Positions 56,149 through 64,000 of a stretch of 64,000 nucleotides of DNA are shown piece by piece (position 1 is the stretch's first letter; the number at the start of each line of letters is the position of its first letter). The stretch comes from Chloroflexota bacterium (lineage in GTDB: Bacteria > Chloroflexota > Ktedonobacteria > Ktedonobacterales > JACDGC01): contig JAJYBV010000001.1 of NCBI GenBank assembly GCA_021778805.1, positions 12,639 to 76,638 of the forward strand, read 5' to 3'. Position numbers and translations under genes: made by a program. Below the pieces are notes generated by a model. It saw only the letters and a list, made by a program, of their open reading frames with translations, was not told the origin of the DNA and did no database searches.

Positions 56149-56676
56149 ATGGCATTGCCCCAATCAAAAATTATTGCTTATTCGGATATTCGCAGTCTTG
56201 CGGATGAATTGCGCGGACAAAGGCGCAGCATAGCGCTGACCAACGGTGTGTTTGATATTGTGCACATCGGGCATTTACGATATTTGCAGCAAGCCAAAAC
56301 CTTGGCAGATATTTTAATTGTGGGTATCAACTCCGATACATCTACGCAAGCGCTAAAAGGCACGTTGCGGCCATACATTCCCGAAATGGAACGCGCCGAA
56401 CTGCTGGCCGGATTTTCATGTGTAGATTATACCGTCGTTTTTCCCGAAACAACCGCAGTAGAACTGCTTTGGGCGTGCCGGCCCAATGTATATATAAAGG
56501 GGGGAGATTACATCATTGCGCCAACCGCATCGCCATCTCAAAAAATATTGCCCGAAGCTGAAATTGCCCGAACATTAGGCGCGCGGGTCGAGCTTATTCC
56601 CTATATCGGAGGGCATTCCACCAGTGAAATTATTCAAAAGATACTAGCGGCGCAAGGGAATCCTAACGAAAACTAG
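56149..56676 (+). CDS. hldC: D-glycero-beta-D-manno-heptose-1-phosphate adenylyltransferase (RfaE domain II)
   Basis: ALTNGVFDIVHIGHLRYLQQAK...ILIVGINSD is a cytidylyltransferase-fold HxGH motif. Confidence 0.8.
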   Translation: MALPQSKIIAYSDIRSLADELRGQRRSIALTNGVFDIVHIGHLRYLQQAKTLADILIVGINSDTSTQALKGTLRPYIPEMERAELLAGFSCVDYTVVFPETTAVELLWACRPNVYIKGGDYIIAPTASPSQKILPEAEIARTLGARVELIPYIGGHSTSEIIQKILAAQGNPNEN

Positions 56677-56682
56677 CTGCGT

Positions 56683-57318
56683 TTAATGCGGCAAGAATCC
56701 ATGGACATATGAACCAATGCCATTTAGAATAAATTGCACTGCCAAAGCTGCCAATAGCATACCTAATATGCGAGAAAAAACCATAATGCCGGTTGAACCG
56801 ATACGGTCCTGAATATATCCACTAATTTGCATAGTAAACCACGCCAGCAGCAAGGTTATCAGGCCGGTTATAGCAATAGCCGCCAGCTGCATTGGGTTGC
56901 CGTTTGCCTCAGAAACCAATAAAATTACGCTGGCAATAGCGCCGGGACCGGCAATCATTGGTATCGCAAGGGGAAACACACTAATATCGTCCCGAAACAA
57001 CGCTTCTTCTTCCTCTCGCGTTGTTTCACGCGCGCCGGATGGCCGGCCAAAAAGCATATCGATTGCCATTAAAAACAGCAGCGCGCCGCCGGCGATACTA
57101 AATGCATCCATGCTAATGCCAAGACTGTTGAAAATAAACTTGCCAAATACACCGAAAACTGCGATTACTGCGCCGGAAATCATGACGGCTTTAAAAATAA
57201 TCTGTGTTTTTTGCCTTCGGGGATAATGCCCCATCATACCGATAACAAACGGCGCCAATCCAACAGGATCGATAACCGTAAAGAATGTGACAAACACTTT
57301 GAGCGAAAACTCTTGCAT
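56683..57318 (-). CDS. MarC-family (UPF0056) integral membrane protein
   Basis: MQEFSLKVFVTFFTVIDPVGLAPFVIG... with six TM helices. The ORF track extension to 57525 overlaps the lepB start. Confidence 0.75.
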   Translation of the reverse strand: MQEFSLKVFVTFFTVIDPVGLAPFVIGMMGHYPRRQKTQIIFKAVMISGAVIAVFGVFGKFIFNSLGISMDAFSIAGGALLFLMAIDMLFGRPSGARETTREEEEALFRDDISVFPLAIPMIAGPGAIASVILLVSEANGNPMQLAAIAITGLITLLLAWFTMQISGYIQDRIGSTGIMVFSRILGMLLAALAVQFILNGIGSYVHGFLPH

Positions 57319-57471
57319 ACGGCGCATCCTTTGAAATTGGCATAAGATTCGGAAAGTGGTTAAAATTGTGCTAGAATAATAATACTCAGTTATTGTATCA
57401 CATCGAACAATTTTAATAGGTTTTTCGCCGCCGATGAATCTATTTGCCAATATTAAGGAGACTCTTTTATT

Positions 57472-58107
57472 ATGACACCTGCGCAGCAGCAAATGAGCCA
57501 TCAGGCGCGGATATATCGTATGCATATCGCCCGTGAAATTGCTGAAGTTATCATTTTGGTTGCGGTTATTATTGTTTCTGTGCGGTTAAGTATTGATACA
57601 CGCACCATTAACGAGGAAAGCATGATGCCGTCGCTGCACAATAATGATATTGTTATGGTTAATAAATTAGCCTATTTATTTGGTTCTCCGCAGCGAGGTG
57701 ATGTTATCATCTTCTATTATCCATTTAACACATCTGTTGTTTTTATCAAACGCATCATCGGCGTTCCCGGAGACACGATAGTAGTTACCCCAAATTCTGT
57801 CAGTATCAACGGTGTAAAATTAAATGAACCCTACGTATCTTCCGAAACCAGTTATCAAGTGGGCACATGGGTGTTAGGCGCAAATCAATATTTTGTCATG
57901 GGCGACAATCGCGGCCCAAGCTGTGATTCACGTATGTGGGGTGTTTTAGATAAAAAATTTATTATCGGCAAAGTTGTTATTATGTATTGGCCGCTGAACC
58001 ATGCGCATTTTATCGATGAATATCATCAAATATTTGCCTCGGTTCCTTCACAATCGCCACCGGCAAAAACTATTGAGCCGCCTACCATAACCTGTCCCGG
58101 ATTGTAG
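57472..58107 (+). CDS. lepB: Signal peptidase I
   Basis: Contains SMMPSL (catalytic Ser), RGDVIIF, FIKRIIGVPGD (catalytic Lys) and GDNRGPSCDSR. RBS aaggag. Confidence 0.9.
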   Translation: MTPAQQQMSHQARIYRMHIAREIAEVIILVAVIIVSVRLSIDTRTINEESMMPSLHNNDIVMVNKLAYLFGSPQRGDVIIFYYPFNTSVVFIKRIIGVPGDTIVVTPNSVSINGVKLNEPYVSSETSYQVGTWVLGANQYFVMGDNRGPSCDSRMWGVLDKKFIIGKVVIMYWPLNHAHFIDEYHQIFASVPSQSPPAKTIEPPTITCPGL

Positions 58108-58433
58108 CCGAATAAACGGTATTCATCAAAAATAGCGTTTGTTTTTAAGATATATTTGCTAAAATATTGTACAAGGCAGCCACCATGGCTGTCTTGTTGT
58201 ATTTGTGAGTTCACGCAAGGCTTCAAAACAAGGAATTGCAGTCATTATCTCTCCCCATTCCATATATAAGCTGTTCTTTAGACCATTCAAAGTGGCCAAG
58301 CATTATTGAATCTTCAGTAATATCTTATTTTGTCGATTAACATGAATGTACTACCTGTCCGGCAGTTTCATATTGAGCAGGTATGCCGTTTGACAGCAAA
58401 TTTACATAATTTCACAGCAAGGCAGAAAACATT

Positions 58434-60122
58434 ATGCGACCAGACAGCAAAAAAGGAAACATATTTTCACTACAAAATGCTTCTCTTAGAACAAAAGCTT
58501 TGGCTCCACTTATCGTCAGTTTATTATTGACATTAGTGATTAGTGGTTATGGTCTTTGGGAATTTAACCAACTAAACGCTTCAGTGCAAAATATCAACAA
58601 CCGTTCTTTAAAAGGAACCAGTGATATCTATCAGGCTGAAGTGTATTTATCGCATTCACTCTTGGATATTGGCGGAACAATCTTAACTACAGATCCGTCT
58701 ACTATTGCCGCAGGAATATTAAGTATTCAGAATGATATGGCAACAGTAACATCCGCGACCCAGGATTATGCAAAATTAAATTTAACATCCCAGGAATCTA
58801 CCGATCTTTCAGCGTTTAATACGAGTTTTTCTGCATGGAATAGCGTGGTTACAAGCTCCATTCAATCACTGCAATCGCCAGATCCTAAAGTACACCTAGC
58901 GTTAGCGCAGCAATTGCCAACAACTATTTCATCTTCGTATAACGCTGCAGTTACACCATTACAATCTTTAGCAAAATTGCAAGATGCCCAAGCAGCTTCA
59001 ATCAGCAGTGGGGCAACTTCACAACTGCAAACAGCGCAGATTGTATTTCTTATAATCATTCTCATGAGTATTGTATTAAACATACTCTTAGGAACGATGT
59101 TTGCAAACAGCATTGTCAAACCACTGCAACGATTAACCTCAACATTAAATTCTGCTGCATCAGGTCAATTAAATGACCAGAGTGAATTAATACAAAAATA
59201 TCCCCCAACCAATGAAATTGGGGTTATGGCGCAAAGTTTATATAATCTTATCAACGCAATGCGCACGCTGGTTACCAAACTGAAATCGATGAGCCAAACC
59301 ATGAAAGATTCGGCGAGGCAAGTTATCGCTTCATCGGAGCAAACCGGGCAGGCAATTTCGCAGGTTTCCCAAACCATTCAGCAAGTTTCTCTTGGCGCGC
59401 AAGATCAAACAACAAAACTTTCCGGCGCAGCCCACGATGTAGAACAGCTTTTTGAACAAAGTGAAGTATTGCAAAAGTTTTCACTTGACACAAAAGATGT
59501 TATGGCGCAACTTAAAAACACCATTAGCGAAACATCGGGTCGGGTACAAAGTTTAGGCGCAAGATCGGAACAAATCGGCACCATTATTGAAACAATTAAT
59601 GAAATTGCCGAACAAACCAACTTGTTGGCGCTGAATGCCGCTATTGAAGCCGCACGCGCAGGTGAACACGGCCGCGGATTTGCAGTTGTAGCAGATGAAG
59701 TGCGGAAACTGGCAGAACGCTCCAGTTCATCTACCAAAGAGATTGGCGCAATCATCAACGAAACCCAAAAAGAAACTTCTTTAGCGGTAAAAACCATGCG
59801 CGAAAATGTTGTGCATGTGGAAGACGGCGTCGACAAAGTCACGCAAAACAGCTCTATCATTAATGAGATTAAAGATAATGCGCAGCGTGTAAATGATACA
59901 CTAGCCAGTGTCGCAAGTGTAAGTGAGGAAAACAGCTCTGCCGCCGAACAAGTTTCTTCAGCTTCTGAAGAAATGGGTGCACAAGCCGAAGAAGTGCTTG
60001 CCTCAATTCATATTTTTGAAGATATGGCAAACGATCTGGAGCAGTTGGTTTCCCAATTTCGGTTAGACGAAGCCGGAAATTCTGCAAAGATATCGTCTTT
60101 TACACGTAAAAAGATCGCTTAA
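58434..60122 (+). CDS. Methyl-accepting chemotaxis protein (two TM helices, helical periplasmic sensor, HAMP, MA domain)
   Basis: The conserved hairpin tip [41 protein letters not shown] is present. Confidence 0.92.
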   Translation: MRPDSKKGNIFSLQNASLRTKALAPLIVSLLLTLVISGYGLWEFNQLNASVQNINNRSLKGTSDIYQAEVYLSHSLLDIGGTILTTDPSTIAAGILSIQNDMATVTSATQDYAKLNLTSQESTDLSAFNTSFSAWNSVVTSSIQSLQSPDPKVHLALAQQLPTTISSSYNAAVTPLQSLAKLQDAQAASISSGATSQLQTAQIVFLIIILMSIVLNILLGTMFANSIVKPLQRLTSTLNSAASGQLNDQSELIQKYPPTNEIGVMAQSLYNLINAMRTLVTKLKSMSQTMKDSARQVIASSEQTGQAISQVSQTIQQVSLGAQDQTTKLSGAAHDVEQLFEQSEVLQKFSLDTKDVMAQLKNTISETSGRVQSLGARSEQIGTIIETINEIAEQTNLLALNAAIEAARAGEHGRGFAVVADEVRKLAERSSSSTKEIGAIINETQKETSLAVKTMRENVVHVEDGVDKVTQNSSIINEIKDNAQRVNDTLASVASVSEENSSAAEQVSSASEEMGAQAEEVLASIHIFEDMANDLEQLVSQFRLDEAGNSAKISSFTRKKIA

Positions 60123-60148
60123 TCTCGCTCTACAGTAGAATTTTCTAA

Positions 60149-60178
60149 ACGGAAAAGGAGCAGCAGCTCCTTTTCCGT
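60149..60178 (+). terminator. Strong hairpin after the first MCP gene (no clear U-tract)
   Basis: acggaaaaggagc-agc-agctccttttccgt. Confidence 0.45.
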
Positions 60179-60390
60179 GTCATCCGGCGCAAGAGGTATG
60201 CACGAAGTCAGATCTATTGCAGTTGAGCTTATCTACTAAAATTTTGTGTTTTTATCACTGCTGCACAGGGGATAAATTGATATAGCACATACTTTCTCTA
60301 AAAAATTTAGAGAAATCCAGGATGAATTTTCCAATTTTTAGTAACTATATCCAAAGGCAAATGCCCGATACATTTAAAAAAGGTGAATTT

Positions 60391-62766
60391 ATGAAAAATA
60401 CTCACTTTATCAATAAGTTTCTCGATTCCATTCAAAAATCTGCTATTCGGCAGCTTGCCAAAGTAAAAAGGAATAGAAATACAACGCCATCGGTTCAACC
60501 GGATGCGCCACAGCATCCATCTACGGCGAAATCCAACCGGAAACCGTTTTCCTTTAAACTGCCGCAGTTTGCTTTTAAGTTTCCTGCTAAAAAATCTCCG
60601 GCCGAATTATCCAGCGCGCCATCGGTTCAACCGGATGCGCCGCTGCATTCACCGGCGCCAAAACCCAACCGGAAGCCGTTTTCCCTTAAATTGCCGCAGT
60701 TTGCTTTTAAATTTCCTACTAAAAAACCATCAACGAAATTATCCAGCGCGCCATCGGTTCAACCGGATGCGCCATTGCATTCACCGACGCCAAAACCCAA
60801 CCGGCAGAAATTTTCGCTGAAACTGCCTCGGTTATCTTTTAATATCCGCGCTAAAAATACAAGTCCAAGCCCGATATGGCGTTTACTAGCACAATTTTTA
60901 ACAAAAGCTGGCGCAGTAATTACATTTCTAGCTAAAAAAACGCATCTTTCCAATGTATCTGTACGCAATACATCCATCAGGCTGCGGTCTTTTGCTCCGA
61001 TAGTCATCAGCCTTATTTTAACCATAATAATCAGTGGATACAGCATGTGGGGATTTAACGGCATGAACAGCAATGTTCAGTTAATTGAACGGCAATCATT
61101 AACAGGCACAAAGTTAAGTTTTCAATTAGAACAAGGTTTATCGCAAACCTTTCTGGATCTCGGATCTACAATTTTAGCCACAGACCCCACCCAGATATCC
61201 GGCGATATTTTACTGCTACAAAATGATCTCACCATTACTAATCAATATTTGCAGCAGTTTACCAAATTATCCTTCAACGCACTTGAAATTCAACAGCTTG
61301 GGGCCTTTACCATCCTATATAGTCAATGGACCCAAACCATACAAAGCGTTATACAAATATTGCAATGTACGACAACTTGCAATATCAGTAATATGCTGCC
61401 CGGATCGATTAATGGTTCACTAAAAACACTGCGTACCGCAGATATCTCAGTTCACGCCCAGCTTGAAGCAGAACTTACTTCATTTTTATCATCGTCATAT
61501 ACTTCGGCGTTAACGCCGCTAAACTCATTGCGCGCATCACAAAAGGTCCGCGCAAACAGCCTCAGCGCACAAACCAGCTCGCAGTTATTATGGGATAGAA
61601 TGTTCCTGATAACTTTATTTATTATCAGTATCGCGATAAACAGTGTTTTAGGAATTCTTTTAGCTAACAGTATTATCAACCCAATTAAGAAAATAACCGC
61701 AGAACTCAATGTTGCCGCCACAGGTGATTTAACCCATGCTGATTCATTACAAAAAACATTTATTGACAAAAATGAGATTGGAACGTTAGCAGCGCAGCTC
61801 AGTTTCTTCTTAACATCAATGAATGTATTGCTGTTGGAAATTTTGAAAGCAGGAAAACAAATTCGAATCTCAACCAAAGAGATTTATCTGATGTCCGAAC
61901 AAAACGACATAGCAATCGCCAGCGTAGACCAAACTATTCAGCAGGTTGCAATTGGCGCTATAGAACAATCCAACCATTTACAGCACACCGTTTCAATGGT
62001 AGATTCTTTATTTCAGCAAAGCAATACGCTGCAATTGTACTCTACCGAAACCGCGGCGATTATGGCAAATATTAAATCGCGGATTATACATTCAACAGAA
62101 ATTATTCAGCAACTTGGTAACCGTTCACAAAAAATTACCGGCATTATCGCAACGATAGACGAAATAGCAGACCAAACAAGTTTGCTCGCGCTAAACGCTG
62201 CAATAGAAGCTGCCCGCGCAGGAAAACATGGTAATGGCTTCGCGGTTGTCGCTGATGAAGTGCGGAAACTCGCTGTAAAATCTGGTATATCCACCCAAAA
62301 AATTGAAGATTTAATTCGTGAAATACAGCAAGAAACGCAAGGCGCAATTGTTGCAATTCAAGAAAATGCGCAAAAAATTGATACAGCCATTGAAAAAATC
62401 GCCCAAAATGGCGATTATATTACCGTTATTCAAGGCAGCGCACACCAAGTAAATAATAAATTGCTCGGCGTATCGCAAATTAATGACCTTAATAAAAAAT
62501 CGTCACAGCAAGTTTCCGGGGCATCCCACAGCATGGCTCAGCAGTCGCAATATGTTATCGAGTCCATCAAAGCATTTGAACAAATAGCGGAAGAATTTGA
62601 GAAAATTATCGAACAATTCCATATCATTGGCGCTGAGCAAAAATTATCCGACAATGAAATGGTAAATCTCGATAGCGCAAACGTTGCCGCAACAGAAGAA
62701 ACAGAAAGAAACGCTGAAATAGTTACTATCGAAGAAAACAGCCCATTCAACGAAAACGCTGCCTAG
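60391..62766 (+). CDS. Methyl-accepting chemotaxis protein paralog with a repeat-containing cytoplasmic N-terminal extension
   Basis: [41 protein letters not shown]. It has the same sensor/HAMP layout as the upstream MCP. I prefer the start at 60391 (RBS aaaggtga); the ORF is open from 60322. Confidence 0.9.
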   Translation: MKNTHFINKFLDSIQKSAIRQLAKVKRNRNTTPSVQPDAPQHPSTAKSNRKPFSFKLPQFAFKFPAKKSPAELSSAPSVQPDAPLHSPAPKPNRKPFSLKLPQFAFKFPTKKPSTKLSSAPSVQPDAPLHSPTPKPNRQKFSLKLPRLSFNIRAKNTSPSPIWRLLAQFLTKAGAVITFLAKKTHLSNVSVRNTSIRLRSFAPIVISLILTIIISGYSMWGFNGMNSNVQLIERQSLTGTKLSFQLEQGLSQTFLDLGSTILATDPTQISGDILLLQNDLTITNQYLQQFTKLSFNALEIQQLGAFTILYSQWTQTIQSVIQILQCTTTCNISNMLPGSINGSLKTLRTADISVHAQLEAELTSFLSSSYTSALTPLNSLRASQKVRANSLSAQTSSQLLWDRMFLITLFIISIAINSVLGILLANSIINPIKKITAELNVAATGDLTHADSLQKTFIDKNEIGTLAAQLSFFLTSMNVLLLEILKAGKQIRISTKEIYLMSEQNDIAIASVDQTIQQVAIGAIEQSNHLQHTVSMVDSLFQQSNTLQLYSTETAAIMANIKSRIIHSTEIIQQLGNRSQKITGIIATIDEIADQTSLLALNAAIEAARAGKHGNGFAVVADEVRKLAVKSGISTQKIEDLIREIQQETQGAIVAIQENAQKIDTAIEKIAQNGDYITVIQGSAHQVNNKLLGVSQINDLNKKSSQQVSGASHSMAQQSQYVIESIKAFEQIAEEFEKIIEQFHIIGAEQKLSDNEMVNLDSANVAATEETERNAEIVTIEENSPFNENAA
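60487..60882. repeat. Intragenic 132-bp x3 tandem repeat (44-aa units PSVQPDAP(Q/L)H..(K)PNRKPFS(F/L)[12 protein letters not shown]...LSSA)
   Basis: ccatcggttcaaccggatgcgcc recurs at 60487, 60619 and 60751. The third unit diverges in its second half. Confidence 0.9.
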
Positions 62767-62818
62767 CTGCAATCAATTTTCAACAACACTGCACAAGAGG
62801 TGACCACCAATTATGCAA

Positions 62819-64000
62819 TTATACAGATGTCTGATCTTCCTGTATATCAGAATGTTTAGTGGTATCTTGGCGCAATTGCAGTTCCTGTGTTTGCTGGAAC
62901 AGATACATTATCTCGGCAAAAGTAATTTGCTCTATGGCGCTTAATCGCAGAAGCAATTTTTGCAGCAGCAGCAATTGAACAATAAAATTGATTAATTTAC
63001 CGATAACCGGCCAGCGTGTATATCGCAGGGTTAGCTGCTTTTGTCTGGTTTTTTCCCAATAATCTAATGCGTTAGCGTGATCATTTAAAAAATGATTGGC
63101 GGTAACAGAACGCCAATAAATTGGGTCTTCATAGTTTGGCGCAACATTTTCCGGAACGGCAATATAATGGCGAACAGGCGCGCGCTGCGTGCGCTGAGTA
63201 AATGCGGCAATGTTCTGCAATCGTTCGGATATTTTAGCGCCTATCACTTTAGGATGCAGCCGAGCCTGAATAGAGGCTGCTGCAACATTTCCTATTTCCC
63301 CAGCAGATTCTCTTTGTTGATATACATATTGCATAAAATGCGCGGCGCTGGTAATATCCGCCTCAGCTATTATCTGCCCAGGTTCATACAAAAGCTCTAA
63401 TTCAGGAAAATAGCGATAATCTTCCGCAGAAACCGCGCGCAGACTATAATCCGCTAAAAAGCTGTTATGGCGATTCATAAATTCCAAATTTCCGGAATAC
63501 GCCGTTGCAATAACCGGCTTACCGGCCGCCATTGCTTCCGCCATCCCTAAACCAAAACCCTCAGCGCGGTGCAAAGATACATAGCAATCCACACAGTGCA
63601 TGAGCATAGTTGTTTGCTTTTGCGAAAAATATCCTTTAAGAAGTATTCCACCAACTTCCGCAATAGCGGCGCTTAAATCTTGTTCAAACGCCGGAAATCT
63701 TTCAATATGCGCAGCTTTTATACACAACAGCGGAGCAGTATTATCGATTTCGGGAAACACGCGACGAAATGCGTTGATCACTCCAAAGGGATTTTTGCGT
63801 AATTCACTGGAAAGCGCAGAGAATGTATATAAATAAATATATCTATCTTGCGGTAAAGAAAGCAGCGTGCGCGCCTCTACGCGGTTCACAGATGGCTGTT
63901 CTGGTATTGGATGAGGAACAACGATAACCGGTTTTTGGGTATATTTTTGAAATATCTTTTGAGAAAACGCCGATGGGGTCCAAATTTCATCTACTCGCGC
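62819..64000 (-). CDS. Glycosyltransferase (GT4/GT1-like), N-terminal end beyond the window
   Basis: The frame stays open upstream of the track's GTG at 63889 to position 64000 (ARVDEIWTPSAFSQKIFQKYTQKPVIVVPHPIPEQPS...). The core is SLHRAEGFGLGMAEAMAAGKPVIATAYSGNLEFM. Confidence 0.75.
   Translation of the reverse strand, partial: ARVDEIWTPSAFSQKIFQKYTQKPVIVVPHPIPEQPSVNRVEARTLLSLPQDRYIYLYTFSALSSELRKNPFGVINAFRRVFPEIDNTAPLLCIKAAHIERFPAFEQDLSAAIAEVGGILLKGYFSQKQTTMLMHCVDCYVSLHRAEGFGLGMAEAMAAGKPVIATAYSGNLEFMNRHNSFLADYSLRAVSAEDYRYFPELELLYEPGQIIAEADITSAAHFMQYVYQQRESAGEIGNVAAASIQARLHPKVIGAKISERLQNIAAFTQRTQRAPVRHYIAVPENVAPNYEDPIYWRSVTANHFLNDHANALDYWEKTRQKQLTLRYTRWPVIGKLINFIVQLLLLQKLLLRLSAIEQITFAEIMYLFQQTQELQLRQDTTKHSDIQEDQTSV

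Noticed and set aside
58313-58340. Possible sigma28 promoter upstream of the first MCP (gtcgatta)
   Set aside because: The -10 has two mismatches and the -35 position reads ttca or tcag. This is not convincing.
1-64000. Searched for tRNA/tmRNA/RNase P/SRP RNA signatures, CRISPR arrays, integrase/transposase/phage genes, reverse transcriptases and toxin-antitoxin or known defence-system genes
   Set aside because: None was recognisable by eye: no GTTCGAATC-type T-arms in cloverleaf context, no GAGGAAAGTCC, and no recombinase, RT or nuclease motifs in any ORF. I therefore do not claim a defence or mobile island. A covariance-model scan would be needed to exclude small RNAs fully.

Overview
The window is mostly ordinary chromosomal backbone of about 46-48% GC. 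It holds about 55 protein genes and I could not find any rRNA, tRNA, CRISPR array, transposase, integrase or recognisable defence gene.

Genes I recognise:
- a partial phoU, an FHA protein, an SPFH/band-7 protein, DoxX, DUF4012, a large TPR-CHAT protein and radC
- an orphan receiver protein
- a peptidase-S51-like gene, a Vgb-like beta-propeller and an aldo/keto reductase
- an isolated rplJ-rplL pair
- a DUF1800/DUF1501 pair
- the glyoxylate shunt genes aceA-aceB
- three c-di-GMP turnover genes
- rsfS, acpS, ugd, cofD and a PPOX-class oxidoreductase
- a complete chemotaxis operon, cheW-cheA-cheC-cheD-cheY-cheB-cheR-cheX
- a TM2-domain repeat protein, a LysM-SLT muramidase and an acyl-CoA dehydrogenase
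- an FHA-PrsW fusion, a DksA/TraR zinc finger, lspA and rluD
- split ADP-heptose genes, MarC, lepB, two tandem MCPs and a partial glycosyltransferase

The gene content (cofD/F420, DUF4012, the zinc finger-lspA-rluD arrangement) suggests a Chloroflexota/Terrabacteria-like organism. That is inference only.

The most unusual signal is at the nucleotide level. A mosaic family of short, hairpin-rich repeat modules occupies at least nine intergenic regions, about 2.4 kb in total. The modules occur in variable order and orientation, with tandem amplification, and one copy is bounded by 11/12-bp terminal inverted repeats. No transposase is present in the window.

Secondary observations:
- the CHAT domain has both predicted catalytic residues substituted
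- sigma28-type promoter matches lie upstream of the che operon and of the LysM-SLT gene
- CheA carries a duplicated P2-like domain
- an MCP and the TM2 protein contain near-identical intragenic tandem repeats
- a near-consensus promoter sits about 700 nt upstream of aceA-aceB

I did not find a convincing novel multi-gene system. The candidates are listed with modest scores.
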